Part shown: piece after piece, positions 38,085-50,006 of the stretch
Numbering within the stretch: the stretch's first letter is position 1
Layout of the letters: each line of letters opens with the position of its first letter
Assembly: GCA_043228905.1 (NCBI GenBank)
Contig: JBHGNT010000009.1
Location: 19,096,001 to 19,160,000 of the forward strand
DNA: 64,000 bases
Source of the DNA: Azolla caroliniana
Taxonomy: Eukaryota > Plantae > Polypodiophyta
Direction: 5' to 3'
Program-made: the position numbers and the translations under genes
Notes under the pieces: model-generated
Databases searched by the model: none
Told to the model about the DNA's origin: nothing
What the model saw: only the letters and a program-made list of their open reading frames with translations

Positions 38085-39242
38085 ATGGCTACTGTTAGCG
38101 CCCAAGAATACCAATCCGTTTTCTCCGAGCTACAGTGCCTAAAAGAAAAGTTTGTTGCCTTGGAACAAGAAAACCAACGGCTGATAGGGGATCTGCAACA
38201 AATCGCTCTAGAAAAACAACAAACGCAACAACAACATGGGGAGTTAGCGTTACGGGTACAACAACTCGAAGCAGCGTTGCAACAACAAGGATCCAGTCCC
38301 CAAGGATTTCATAAAGAGCCCAAGATTGGACTTCCTGTGAAATTTGATGGAACGCGTTCGCAATTTCGGGGATTCCTTAATCAGGTACGCTTAGTCATCC
38401 AGATGCATCCTTCCCGATATCCCACTGATGCATCTCGAGTCGGCCTAATAGGCACGCTACTTAGCGGCTCAGCCTTGGCATGGTTCGCTCCGCTTCTAGA
38501 AAAACAATCGCCCTTGCTTAATAACTTTGAAGATTTTATTGGTGAGTTTAAAGCCTGCTTTGGAGACACCGACAGCATCAGGACGGCGATCAACAAGATC
38601 CGGCGATTGCGTCAAGGCGATCGTCCAGCCTCTGCCTACGCGGCGGATTTCCGCCTACTTGCTTCAGATATACCCTGGGATGATCAAGCACTAATGGAGC
38701 AGTTTCGCTATGGCTTGCGAAACGATGTCAAAGATCTACTTCTAACTTTCCCCGAAGAACCAAAGTCTCTTACGGAGGCAATCAGTCGAGCAGTTCGATG
38801 TGACAACCGCCTTTTTGAACGGCGTTCAGAACGTCAATTACAGATACCACGCTCTAGGCCAGAGCCCACTTACGCCGCAGTCGCGGCTAAACCGTTTGCA
38901 CGAGACATACCTCAAGCAAATACTTCGACACCGATGGAGATCGATACCATGCGTCGACGCGGCCCGTTATCGGAAGAAGAAAAGCAACGACGACGTGTCA
39001 ATCGATTATGCCTTTATTGCGGTGGACCAGGACATATCGCCATCAATTGTCCCCATAGGCCAAGAAGACAGGTAAATCAAATTGTCGCCTGTACTAAACC
39101 TGAGTCAATTCTTCCCTTCGGAGTGTCTGATAGTAGTAATAGTACTAATAGAGTGTCAGATAGTATTCATAGTACTAATAGCCCAAGTATCTCAAATAAA
39201 TTTGAAATCCTTAGTCAATTAGATGAAGAGTTAAACGATTGA
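38085..39242 (+). CDS. gag: Gag (385 aa): coiled coil, capsid, CCHC zinc knuckle
   Basis: [37 protein letters not shown]. Confidence 0.96.
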   Translation: MATVSAQEYQSVFSELQCLKEKFVALEQENQRLIGDLQQIALEKQQTQQQHGELALRVQQLEAALQQQGSSPQGFHKEPKIGLPVKFDGTRSQFRGFLNQVRLVIQMHPSRYPTDASRVGLIGTLLSGSALAWFAPLLEKQSPLLNNFEDFIGEFKACFGDTDSIRTAINKIRRLRQGDRPASAYAADFRLLASDIPWDDQALMEQFRYGLRNDVKDLLLTFPEEPKSLTEAISRAVRCDNRLFERRSERQLQIPRSRPEPTYAAVAAKPFARDIPQANTSTPMEIDTMRRRGPLSEEEKQRRRVNRLCLYCGGPGHIAINCPHRPRRQVNQIVACTKPESILPFGVSDSSNSTNRVSDSIHSTNSPSISNKFEILSQLDEELND

Positions 39243-42200
39243 GTCCAGCCAAAATAGGAGCCATTTGGTTGGACAGCAGCCCTAGATCTGTACAGCCCAT
39301 TAGTGGTTCCATTCCTTCCAAGCAAGTTAGCAATGTGTTCCTAGCCCAAGTCATTGTTAGTACTAAAAGTACTCCCCCAGTACCCGTCCTAGCACTTTTA
39401 GATTCCGGAGCTAATTCCTGTTTCATGGATCGAAATTTTGCCCAAGCTTCTCAGATATCCTTAAGAAAACTTCCTTGTCCCGCATCTGTAGTGGTCATTG
39501 ATGGTCGTCCCATTGCTTCCGGGAATATTGTAGAAGAATCAGAACCCATTCAAGTTGTCCTAGGTAGTTTTGTGTGTATAATATCATTTAATATAATTAG
39601 TAGTCCAGAGCATCCCATTGTCCTAGGATTACCTTGGCTTGAGTTACATAATCCAGCCATAGATTGGAGAACAAGAGAAGTCCGATATCGACCACCCCAA
39701 GAATCAACTCGCCGAGTTTCGACCATTTCACTCCATCAACTACGCGAAGAAGGACCCAAGGAGGCAATGTTCCTATTTTCCATATCAGTACATCCTTCCA
39801 ACACTATTAAGAAGGACTCCTCAGTACAACTTCCGGCAAAATATCATCCTTATGCCGATGTATTTGACAAGGTAAAAGCCGGTACCCTTCCTCATCACCG
39901 TCCCTATGACTGTCCCATCGATTTACAACCAGGAACCGAGCCACCATGGGGACCAATTTACAACCTGTCACCCACCGAGTTAGAAGTCCTTCGAGCCTAC
40001 ATAGAGGAGAACTTGGCAAGCGGGTTCATCCGTCATTCAAAATCTCCGGCCGGTGCACCCATCTTCTTTGTCAAGAAGAAAGATGGCTCACTTCGTCTTG
40101 TCGTTGATTACCGCAGATTAAATAAAGTCACCATCCGGAATAGGTATGCACTTCCTCTTATATCAAGTCTTTTAGAGCGAGTTAATGGTGCCAAGTTTTT
40201 TACTAAAATCGACCTACGCGGAGCGTATAATCTCGTGCGGATCCGACCGGGAGATGAGTGGAAGACCGCTTTTCGCACGCGGTATGGGCATTTTGAGTAT
40301 ACTGTTATGCCGTTTGGCCTAACCAATGCACCCGCAGTCTTCCAACACATGGAAAATGATATATTCAGAGACCTCTTGGATATCTGTTTGATCATTTATC
40401 TGGATGATCTGTTGATTTATTCGAAGACCCAGGAAGAGCACGACTCTCATGTACTATTAGTACTAAAGCGACTCCGCGAGAATGGTCTTTATGCCAAGCT
40501 AGAAAAATGTAGCTTTGACTGCAAGCAAGTGGAATTTCTAGGCTACGTCATCTCCTCAAAGGGCATCGCCATGGATCCAGCTAAGATCCAAACTGTACTA
40601 GAGTGGCAAATTCCACGGTCGGTACGAGATGTACAATGTTTTCTAGGTTTTGCTAACTTCTACCGTAAGTTTATACAGGATTACTCGAAGATTATTTTAC
40701 CTCTCACACAACTTACGAAGAAGGGCCAAGCATTTCTTTGGTCCATTGAAGCAGATATGGCTTTTCGGCATCTTAAGAAAGCCTTTACATCAGCACCGAT
40801 TCTAGCTCATGTGGATACAAGCAAACCATTCATCATGGAGGCCGACGCATCAGATTTCGCCCTCGGTAGCATCCTTTCTCAACAAGGTGATAAAGAAGAG
40901 TTGCATCCGGTGGCTTTTCATTCGCGCAAATTCGATGTCGCAGAAATCAACTACGAAATACATGACAAGGAGTTATTAGCCATCGTGGATTCATTTGTAC
41001 AATGGCGGCATTTCTTAGAGGGCTCTCCACATCAGGTCATTGTCTTTAGCGATCATAAAAATCTTGCTTATTTTCAGAACGCTCGCGTACTAAATCGACG
41101 GCAAGCTCGGTGGGCGCAATTCCTCACGCGTTTCGACTTCAAAATCACATATCGACCGGGGAAGCAGCAAGGAAAAGCAGATGCACTATCACGACGTTCA
41201 TATCTTGCACCTCGTCCTGGTGAAGCAACATTTGATAATCAAAAGCAAGTAATCTTGGGACCAACACGATTGCACACGACGCGGATTTTTCACACCCCGA
41301 TGGATTCACGGATTACCGATGACATACGTGCAACCTTGAAGACGGATAGTTTTGCTCAAGACATCCTGGCGCACATTGATACTTCTCGGGCATCCTGTTC
41401 TCAGTCTCAACAACCAGGTATTGACTACCGACAATTCGAATATCATGATGGTTTGTTATTCTTTAAAAAGCGCGTATATGTCCCCGATTGCTCCTGTCGC
41501 CTTCAAATTGTCCAACATTGTCACGACACCCATACGGCGGGACATTTCGGTAGTACTAAGACGTTGGAGCTAGTGCAGCGATCTTTTTGGTGGCCCCACA
41601 TGCGCCGTTTTGTCGACGACTACGTTCGGACCTGTGATGCTTGCTGCCGAGCAAAGATGCCACGACACCATCCATATGGCTTGTTGGAACCTTTACCAAT
41701 TCCAAGTAAGCCATGGCAGTCTATTTGTCTTGATTTTATCACAGATCTGCCGGTCTCGAAAGGGTTCGATGCTATCCTAACCGTCGTCGATCGATATACG
41801 AAGATGGCACATTTTGTGCCATGTACTAAAGCCATCACTAGCGAGGAAACCGCCGCTCTTGTTATGCGTGAGGTTTTTCGGCATCATGGCCTCCCAGACA
41901 GTATTATCAGTGACCGAGGCCCGCAATTTGTCTCCAAATTTTGGCAGCATCTCTTCAAGATGTTCAAGGTCTCCTGCAACCTCTCCTCCGGCTACCATCC
42001 TCAAACCGACGGACAGGCGGAACGAACAAACCAAACACTGGAGCAATATCTCCGGTGTTTCCTGAGTTATCAACAGGACGATTGGGCCGAGATTCTCCAC
42101 TTTGCGGAGTTTGCGTATAATAATGCTATTCACTCCTCGACTCGGGTCTCCCCATTTTTCGCTTATACCGGTTTCCATCCTCGCTGGTCGGTGATCGACA

Positions 42201-42811
42201 CTCCGGAGCTACCTACCAACCCTCGTGCCGAGGATCATTTGGAGAGGCTACGCAAGATCCAGATAGGTCTCTCTACTCACCTTCGTCATGCTCAACACAC
42301 ACAGAAGACTTATGCGGATCGTCATCGGATTCCCTCCTCTTTTGCCATCGGAGATCGAGTATGGCTCTTACGTCGTCACATCAAGACTACTCGACCGTGC
42401 GACAAGTTGGATTATCGACGACTCGGTCCTTTCCATATTACGGGGAAGATTAATGATGTCACCTTCCGCCTTGATCTCCCTCCGCAGCTTCAGATACATC
42501 CGGTTTTCCATTGTTCTCTTCTTGAACCTTATAAAGCAAACACCATTCCCGATCGTGTGACACCACCGCCGCCCCCACTGGAGTTGGACGCCGGCCCGGA
42601 GTATGAAGTTGCTGCCATCCTCGATTCCAAACTTGTTCGCAACAAACTCTATTACTTGGTCGATTGGCTCGGTTATAGTCCGAGTGAACGTACTTGGGAA
42701 CCCGTCGAGAATGTTGCCAATGCACAAGATCTTCTTGCTGATTTCCACCGAAAGTATCCGGACAAACCCGGTCCGCAAGTAGCGCTGACTCGTTCCACTC
42801 GTCGTCTTTAA
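39227..42811 (+). CDS. pol: Pol (PR-RT-RH-IN-chromodomain), -1 frame relative to gag, probably expressed by frameshift
   Basis: 1190-aa open frame with LLDSGA, YLDD, EADASD, H..H..C..C, DDE, GPF, and chromodomain EYEVAAILD..YLVDWLGY..TWEP. Confidence 0.96.
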   Translation, partial: RVKRLSPAKIGAIWLDSSPRSVQPISGSIPSKQVSNVFLAQVIVSTKSTPPVPVLALLDSGANSCFMDRNFAQASQISLRKLPCPASVVVIDGRPIASGNIVEESEPIQVVLGSFVCIISFNIISSPEHPIVLGLPWLELHNPAIDWRTREVRYRPPQESTRRVSTISLHQLREEGPKEAMFLFSISVHPSNTIKKDSSVQLPAKYHPYADVFDKVKAGTLPHHRPYDCPIDLQPGTEPPWGPIYNLSPTELEVLRAYIEENLASGFIRHSKSPAGAPIFFVKKKDGSLRLVVDYRRLNKVTIRNRYALPLISSLLERVNGAKFFTKIDLRGAYNLVRIRPGDEWKTAFRTRYGHFEYTVMPFGLTNAPAVFQHMENDIFRDLLDICLIIYLDDLLIYSKTQEEHDSHVLLVLKRLRENGLYAKLEKCSFDCKQVEFLGYVISSKGIAMDPAKIQTVLEWQIPRSVRDVQCFLGFANFYRKFIQDYSKIILPLTQLTKKGQAFLWSIEADMAFRHLKKAFTSAPILAHVDTSKPFIMEADASDFALGSILSQQGDKEELHPVAFHSRKFDVAEINYEIHDKELLAIVDSFVQWRHFLEGSPHQVIVFSDHKNLAYFQNARVLNRRQARWAQFLTRFDFKITYRPGKQQGKADALSRRSYLAPRPGEATFDNQKQVILGPTRLHTTRIFHTPMDSRITDDIRATLKTDSFAQDILAHIDTSRASCSQSQQPGIDYRQFEYHDGLLFFKKRVYVPDCSCRLQIVQHCHDTHTAGHFGSTKTLELVQRSFWWPHMRRFVDDYVRTCDACCRAKMPRHHPYGLLEPLPIPSKPWQSICLDFITDLPVSKGFDAILTVVDRYTKMAHFVPCTKAITSEETAALVMREVFRHHGLPDSIISDRGPQFVSKFWQHLFKMFKVSCNLSSGYHPQTDGQAERTNQTLEQYLRCFLSYQQDDWAEILHFAEFAYNNAIHSSTRVSPFFAYTGFHPRWSVIDTPELPTNPRAEDHLERLRKIQIGLSTHLRHAQHTQKTYADRHRIPSSFAIGDRVWLLRRHIKTTRPCDKLDYRRLGPFHITGKINDVTFRLDLPPQLQIHPVFHCSLLEPYKANTIPDRVTPPPPPLELDAGPEYEVAAILDSKLVRNKLYYLVDWLGYSPSERTWEPVENVANAQDLLADFHRKYPDKPGPQVALTRSTRRL

Positions 42812-43453
42812 GGGGGAGATAGTGTCATGAGATGGCAAGACTCGAACCCATGACCTTATGGTATATGGGTCGAGCTCTTAACCATCTCACCATCTATTGT
42901 AATTCATAGAATATTATTTTCATTTATGTTTTATTATAAGAAAGTAATGTATATTCCAGATTTCTCTGGAACATTCTAGAAGCTTCAGGATTATTCCTGA
43001 GAACACTATAAAAGAAGGCACTAAGCATTATGTTGAACCAAATTGGTTCAACACCAGTCTTAAGCCTCTTAGTCGATTTGTACTTATCTTTCATATAATA
43101 TAAGAGCTGTTGTCATCATCCTATTTCTCTCTCTCTCTCCTCTTCTCACTTCCTCTCTCTCGGGAATCTTACGCAGTCCCGTCCTCTTAGTACTAATAGT
43201 ACTAATAGTACTACTCTTCTTAGTACTAATTCCATCTCTGTTTTAGTACTATTCCTGACATCAGTCCGGCTCAAAGCCGGGAGTGTATTCTTCTTATATA
43301 TATACATATACGTTTGCATCTGTCTGTGTATATTGGCGTTTTTGTTGGTGTCGGGTGCTCCCCCCCTTTCCTGCGTTTCCTGTACATGAGGGCGTGAGAT
43401 GCGCGCGTGTGTGCGTGTGCGTGTGTGTGTGTGCGCGCGCGAGTCGGTGTTAA

Positions 43454-43456
<3 letters not shown>

Positions 43457-43490
<34 letters not shown>
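43457..43490. repeat. (CT)n microsatellite in the solo LTR; (GT/GC)n tract at 43401-43440
   Basis: Seen directly. Confidence 0.9.
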
Positions 43491-43493
<3 letters not shown>

Positions 43494-44300
43494 TCGGTTG
43501 CTTCTGGGGTGTTCCTGGGATGCCCAGAAATAGTGAAGCACGACTTCCTACGCTCCATCACTCCCTAGTCCAAGACCCTCGTGGTCCCGCCTTTCTCCAC
43601 GCACGCGCGTAACAACGCGACAACGGCAGCCCATAGGCTGCAAACTGTCACTATGTAAGAATGTACAACAGTGAGTTCACTGAGGCAACGACCTCGTGCT
43701 CACAATCTTCGCCACAGGCGGCGGTTACAACTGAGGCAACGACCTCTATTTCTCTCTCTTTCTCTCTCTCTATACATTGTTACGTGCACTAATCTCGTGC
43801 AAAACAAGAAAAATGACAACAACTGCTAAAGGTTTGCCCTAAGTCATATTTATACTAATATGACTTTTCGGCTATTTACAAATATAGCCATGATGGACTC
43901 TCATAAACATATTTACGAATATGTCTCTTCATCCGGTTCTCACCGGGTCTGCACCATCCGGGTCTCCGTAGCTGAGTACTCCTCATCCAGTTCTCACCGG
44001 GTCTGTACCATCCGGCTCTCCGTAGCCGAGTACTCCTCATCCGGTCTTCACCGGGTCTGTATCATCCGGCTCTCCGTAGCCGGGTACTTGTCATCTGGTT
44101 TCGGCCGAGTTTGTTTGTCAGCACTGTTCTTCTCCCTTCCCATCCGGAGGGACCTGTCTCCCAACACAAACTATACCACTAGAAAGAGGAAGGGTACAAT
44201 GGGAGACTCAGAGGCAATGACCTCCACCTCTACCTTACCAATTGGCGGTTACAACAAATACAAGTTTTGTATCTCTGTCTGTCTGTCTGTCTCTCTCTCT

Positions 44301-45078
44301 CAAGTCGGGATCACTTCCCATTGAGATCATCGCCATGGAAAGGGTTGTTGAATAGATGCTTAAGGTTCAAAAAAGTCCCTCACATTGACTTCCTAGAATT
44401 GCATGGGAAGCAAGCAAAAAGATCCAAAAGACGCATAAAAGCAAAATTTTGTGTTCTGACTGGATGCATGATATAGAAAAATGGTTTGGTAGATGGGATG
44501 CGAGACAATTGCTTCATGATGCATCACTAGATTCCTCTCTAAATGAGGGCTTTTTGCAATGCCAATGTATCATGACATGGGACAAATGTGGAGGCTCACT
44601 CTTCACACATTTTACTACACATGTTGCATCTAACTACAAAACCATATTCTTTGTGGAACGGGGAAACTGTACACATCGATACATGTTAGAGCCCATACCG
44701 TTATCTACCATTCGAACCATTGCTTCCATGACACTTAGCTCACATGCCTTGTGATGTGAGACAAGGAGTTGGGGCACAAGTGATGAGAGTGGTCGACTAT
44801 GCACACTTTTCCCTAAACAAGTTCGCAAGTCTGAGTATCACACTTGTATACAATGCTCTGCCTTTGATCATATTCGACCATGCTTTGCACATCTCTTCGA
44901 TCGAGCCCAATCCTTGCATGAATTCCTCTCAAAAGCACAATGTGCACTCTCGATTGCAACATTCATTGTTAAAGTTCTTGAACATCGAGAGTCACTACTC
45001 ACTTTCACAAGTATAACGTGAAATGTAATCTTTTTGGTCTCATAGGTCATATTTGACCTCCAAAGACGATAATATTCT
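44301..45078. other. Unassigned ~780-bp insertion in the 3' LTR of element A
   Basis: Absent from the sister LTR (49735-49770); no recognisable motifs. Confidence 0.6.
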
Positions 45079-45100
45079 TATCTATCTATCTATTTATCTA

Positions 45101-45143
<43 letters not shown>
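45079..45143. repeat. (TATC)n-(TG)n microsatellite
   Basis: Seen directly. Confidence 0.9.
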
Positions 45144-45145
<2 letters not shown>

Positions 45146-45373
45146 ATCAATAAGAATGATATCACACTTACTACAAATATTGCCGTAGTTATATTTATAC
45201 TTATATAACCTTTGGGTTATTTACAAACATGACCTCAATATGTCCGATCGGATACCTTCTGGATCCATCCGATTCGGTTTCTGGATACCTTCCGGATCCA
45301 TCCAGTCCAGTTCCTTCCTTCGACACGTCCAATTCTCATCCGGAGGGACCGGTTTCCCAACAAAATCCCCCTT

Positions 45374-48300
45374 CACTCTGGCATGGGATGTCTCGTCAAT
45401 CCGATCCGTCTCCGACATGCGTCTAGCTATTGGTTGACTGTACCTTTGTCAACATGTCTGACCTGTTCTCCTATGTATGGATCTTCGTCAGCGAAAACTC
45501 TTTATCTTCTACCTTCTCCAAGAGCCAGTGATATCTCCTCTGGATGTGCTTAGTCTGGGAGTGGTAGGCTGCATTCTTCGCAAGGTGGATGGCACTTTGA
45601 CTATCGTAGTAGAGCCGAAATTCCTCCTCGATCTCTAACTCTTCGATAAAGTCCTTCTGAAGTCTTTGACAGGAACTGCACGCTCCCTATACGCAACGCT
45701 CGGCCACAACCGAGCTTAGAATCATACACAGAAAACGGGAAATAAATGCATGACACAAAGAAGAGAAGAGTACACAGGATGTTTACGCAGAAAACCCCAA
45801 ACTAGGGAAAAAAACCACGGCAGCCCACAGGCTGCAAACTATCACTATGTTAGAATATACAACAATGAGTTCACAGAAGCAACGACCTCGAGCTCACGAT
45901 CTTCGCCACAGGCGGCGGTTTCAACAGAGGCAACGACCTCTTTCTCTCTCTCTCTCTCTCTGTCTTTGTACACGGTTACACGCTATCTCTCTTCTTGCAC
46001 CAACAAGAATAACAACAACTACTAAAAGTTTGCCCTAAGTCATATTTATACTAATATGACTTTTCGGCTATTTACAAATATAGCCACGATGGACTCTCAG
46101 AAACATATTTACGAATATGTCTCTTCATCTGGTGAGCACTCCTCACTGGGTCTGCACCATCCGGCTCTCCGTAGCCGGGTACTCCTCATCCGGTTCTCAC
46201 CGGGTCTGCACCATCCGGCTCTCCATAGCCGGGTACTCCTCATCCGGTTCTCACCGGGTCTGCACCATCCGGATCTCCGTAGCCGGGTACTCCTCATCCG
46301 GTTCTCTCCGGGTCTGCACCATCCGGAGGGACCTGTCTCCCAACAGTCTTGACGGCCATGATACCGTTCCCCCTGTATAGGTCATGATGTATCCGGACGT
46401 GGACCGGCTGGTATCTACATCAGACGACATATCCAAATCCGCAAAGCTTTCCAATAGGGGTTTACCTGATCCGAATCGAGGGCACATACTCGAGGACCCT
46501 TTCAGGTACAAGAGTATCCACTTGACGACTACTCAATGTTCTCTTCCTGGATTGCTCATGAACCGGCTGGCCATTCCGACTGCATATCCGATGACCGGCC
46601 GGGTACACACCATTGCATACATTAGGCTTCCGATTGTTGAGGCATAGGGTACCTTTGTCATCTCTACTTTCTCTGCCTTTGTCTTCAGACTTTGTTTTCG
46701 GGACAACTTGCAATTTGCTAGAAGTATCGACTTGACCAACTTTGCTTCCGTCATGATGAACCTTTGGAGTGCCTTTGTCATGTACTTCTCTTTTGATAGC
46801 CACAATAGCTTCTTTGTCTGGTCCTGGATTATGTGCATGCCAGTATTTTTCTTACCAAACCCAAATCTTTCATTGAGAAGGACCGGTTCAAGGCCTTCTT
46901 CAACATTCCGATTTTGGTGCAGTCCTGTCCAATGATTCGCATGTCCTCCACATACAAGAGGAGTATTAGGAGGTCTCCTTCGTCGATCTTTTTCACGAAC
47001 ACAAAGTGGTCGTCCTGCGTCTTGTGGTATCCTTGGTCGGTCATGAAGGAGTCAAATTTACAGTACCATTGTCGGGGAGCTTACCTTCTTGAACCGACAC
47101 ACCAAGTTCTCCTTCCCTTTCTTGATGAATCCTTTCGGTTGTTGCATGTAGATCTATTCGTCAAGGTCACTATGCAGGAACGTCGTCTTGACGTCTAGTT
47201 GCTCTACCTCGAGGTCCATGCTTGCCTCTATGCTCAACACCATCCAGATGGATGTCATCTTTGCCACCGGGACACTGATCTCATCGAAATTCACTCCTTT
47301 CTTCTATTGGAAGACCTTCACCACAATCTGGGCTTTGTACCTCGATGGATTTCCGATGTCTCCCGGTTTTAGCTTGTACACCCACTTGTTCTGGAGCGTT
47401 CTCTTTCTTTTCAACAACTCCGTCAATTCATATGTGTGGCTCTCATGCAGGGAATCCATCTCATTCAGCATGGCACTTAACCACTTGTGGTTGTGGGTGT
47501 CTTTCTTTGCTTCTTCGAAGCTTTCTGTCTCCCCCTCATCCGTCAGTAAAACATGCTCTGCATCCGGAAATCTCTACGTCCCTTAGAGGGCATCTACGTC
47601 CTTGATTTTCGGCCATGAGTTCTTCAGTCAATTCTTCATCCAAATCCTATTTAGTGTCTGGTCTGGTTTGATGTCCGATCCTTCTTCTGTCTGTTTAGTT
47701 CTTTGTCTGAGTTTGGCCAATCCCGTATGGTCTTTGACTGACATCCAACTTCTGACCGGATGGATCCTTGTGTCTTCCAACCAATCTTTGTAGGCCGATC
47801 CAAAGTAGGCTATCTTCTTCTCCAGTTCCCACTCGGTGATGGTCTTGTCTTCCGTGAAGACTATGTTCCTACTCCAGATCACTTTCTTTTCAGCTAGGCT
47901 CCACGGCCAGTAGCGGAACTCATCATCACCGTACCCATGAAATATACATGGCCGAGTTTTTAGATCCAGTTTTCCTCATTTATCCTTTGCAATGTGCACA
48001 TATGCAAGGTAGCCGAACACTTTTAGATGCCGGTAAGAAACATCTTTACCGGTCCATACTCTCTGTGGTGTGTCTCCGTCCAATGGCGCTGAGGGTGATT
48101 TGTTTATCATGTACGTCGTCTTCATCAACGCCTCAGTCCAAAACGTCTTGGACAACTTGGCATGTGCAACCATACTCCGGACTTTCTCCATTACGGTCTG
48201 GTTGATTCTCTCGGCCAACCCAATAAGCTTTGGTGTCTTCGACATGGTGTAGTCAAGCCGGATTCCCTACGACCAACAATAGTCCTTGAATTGGCCCCAG

Positions 48301-49465
48301 TATTCACCGCCGTTGTCCGCTCGAACTACTTTCAACTTCCGACCAGTTTCTCTTTCTACTCTTGGATGAAACTCCTTGAAGACGGACAATACCTGGTCCT
48401 TCATCTTTAGTGTGGAAACCCACAGCTTCTGGCTGTGGTCATCTATGAATGTCATGAAGTAGTGTGATCCGACATGTGACTTCGTGCCCACACAACATAT
48501 GCCGGTATGCACGAGTTCAAGTGGTGCCTTTCGTCTCATTGGTGGTCTCAACTGGAAAGAGGTTTTGTTCTGCTTGTCGGCTAAGCAATCGGTCCACTTC
48601 TCAAGTTGCATGTCCTTCACCTCTGGAATGAGGTTATCATCAACTAGTCTTTTCATCCCTTTCTGGCTCATGTGACGCAACCTTTTGTGCCACAACTCAC
48701 TAGCATTGTCGGATTCCATGTTCACTTCCTCTCGGCATATCCGAGCATGCATCAAGTACAATGTGTTGATCTTCCGAGCTTGGGCCATGACCAGGCTTCC
48801 TCTGCAAAACTTCATTGTGTCGTTCCGGATGCTACTGGTATAGCCTTCATCATCCAACTGACCGACTAATATCATGTTCAGTCGAACCTTCGGAACATGG
48901 TCGACTCCCAATCCTTCAGGCGAGCTTCTTCATTTAGCAAACTCAACTTTACTCTCGCTAGGGATAAGTGCTTCCCTTCCCGTCGAGCGTTGCCCAAAGT
49001 GACGACAAGAGTCTCTCAGCTATCTGGAAGGGATCTGAGCAGTAGCAATGTTAGTACCTTGTCGGCTAGAGGTACTTTGAGCGAGGTAGTCTGATTTATC
49101 AACCCCTCGAAAGAATTCATATGGTCCGCCATGCTAGAGTTGTCCTGATATCTGAACCTCACTATTTTCCGAAATACAAAGACTCGATTTACAACATTCT
49201 TGTTCTCCAACATCATGCCAATCTTCTCCTAGAGCTCATTGGCCTAGTTCTCTTCATTGAAGTTATTGTACAGGCTCATGTCGATGAAGCATATTATGTA
49301 TGCCGTCGTCTTCATATGCATCACCTCCCAAGTCGCAACATTGATCTTGTCTAGTTTTTTATCTCCAAATTGTACCGGAAGCCAGAATGTCCCTCATCTT
49401 TGATTTCCACACTGGGTAGTTGGAACTGGTGAGCTTGAACATGCCACCAAATGACTCTTCCATTT
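45374..49465 (-). pseudogene. pol: Degenerate gag-pol of element A with internal deletions
   Basis: Minus-strand ORFs 49016 (gag), 48267 (GAG-pre-integrase and IN), 47976, 46829 (LLLYVED), 46533, 46251 (STSGY). Confidence 0.88.
45667..46345 (-). mobile_element. Copia solo LTR inserted in the RNase H region of element A
   Basis: TSD GTCTT (45662-45666 / 46346-46350); 54-bp CCGG-rich repeats at 46140-46325. Confidence 0.92.
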
Positions 49466-50006
49466 TCATTCTTTTGGTTGAAGTTCAGAACTTCGCTTTG
49501 ATACTAGATTGATAGGAATTGTTCTCGGCCACAACCAAGATCCAAACTCACTATGGAAGAAAAACAAAATAGAAATAAGACAACGCAGTGTGTTAACGTG
49601 AAAAAACACGGGAGCCCACAGACTCTAAACTATACCACTAGAAAGAGGAAGGGTACAATGGGTGGGTGTCTCAAAAGGCAACAACCTCGAGCTCTACCTT
49701 GCCAACTAATGGTTACAACAGATACACGTTCTGTGACTCTCTCTCTCTCTGTATCTCTCTCTTTGTACATGAATAAGAATGATACCACACTTACTACAAT
49801 TATTCCCCTAGTTATATTTATACTTATATAACTTTAGGGCTATTTACAAATATGACCTTAACAGTCACGTCGGAACATATTCACTAATATATCTAGCCGA
49901 ATACCTTCCGGATCCATCCGGTCTAGTTCCTTCCTTCGACTCGTCCGATCTGGCTCGTCCGGTTCTCATCCGGATCCCATTTGGAGGGACCAGTTTCCCA
50001 ACAGTT

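Larger units (their letters stand above)
37578..43260 (+). mobile_element. Tcn1-like chromovirus copy 3, intact and very young
   Basis: 438-bp LTRs 37578-38015 and 42823-43260, identical by eye; TSD TCAGT; uninterrupted gag and pol; PPT AAGGGGGAGATAG. Confidence 0.98.
37151..43622 (+). mobile_element. Solo LTR of the TGTCGTGAAG family (interrupted by 37578-43260)
   Basis: TGTCG...CGCGACA; TSD ACGG (37147-37150 / 43623-43626); TATA CTATAAAA ~37351. Confidence 0.92.
36998..44166 (-). mobile_element. Copia solo LTR (interrupted by 37151-43622) inside the 3' LTR of element A
   Basis: TGACGGG...CCCAACA on +; TSD CAAAC (36993-36997 / 44167-44171); same family as 45667-46345; 54-bp repeats at 43932-44100. 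Confidence 0.9.
36863..50003 (-). mobile_element. Copia element A, degenerate, minus strand
   Basis: 5' LTR 49510-50003; PBS 49495-49506; PPT 45363-45373; 3' LTR 36863-45362 interrupted by insertions; flanks GTTTT / GTTTG (4 of 5 TSD match); gag, IN, RT and RH remnants. Confidence 0.85.

Noticed and set aside
39239-39241. TTG start codon for pol given by the ORF track
   Set aside because: A -1 frameshift signal just upstream explains expression better
36863-45373. True tandem copia sharing a central LTR
   Set aside because: The near-matching TSD GTTTT/GTTTG and the extra LTR at 50007 favour nested insertion; kept only as an alternative
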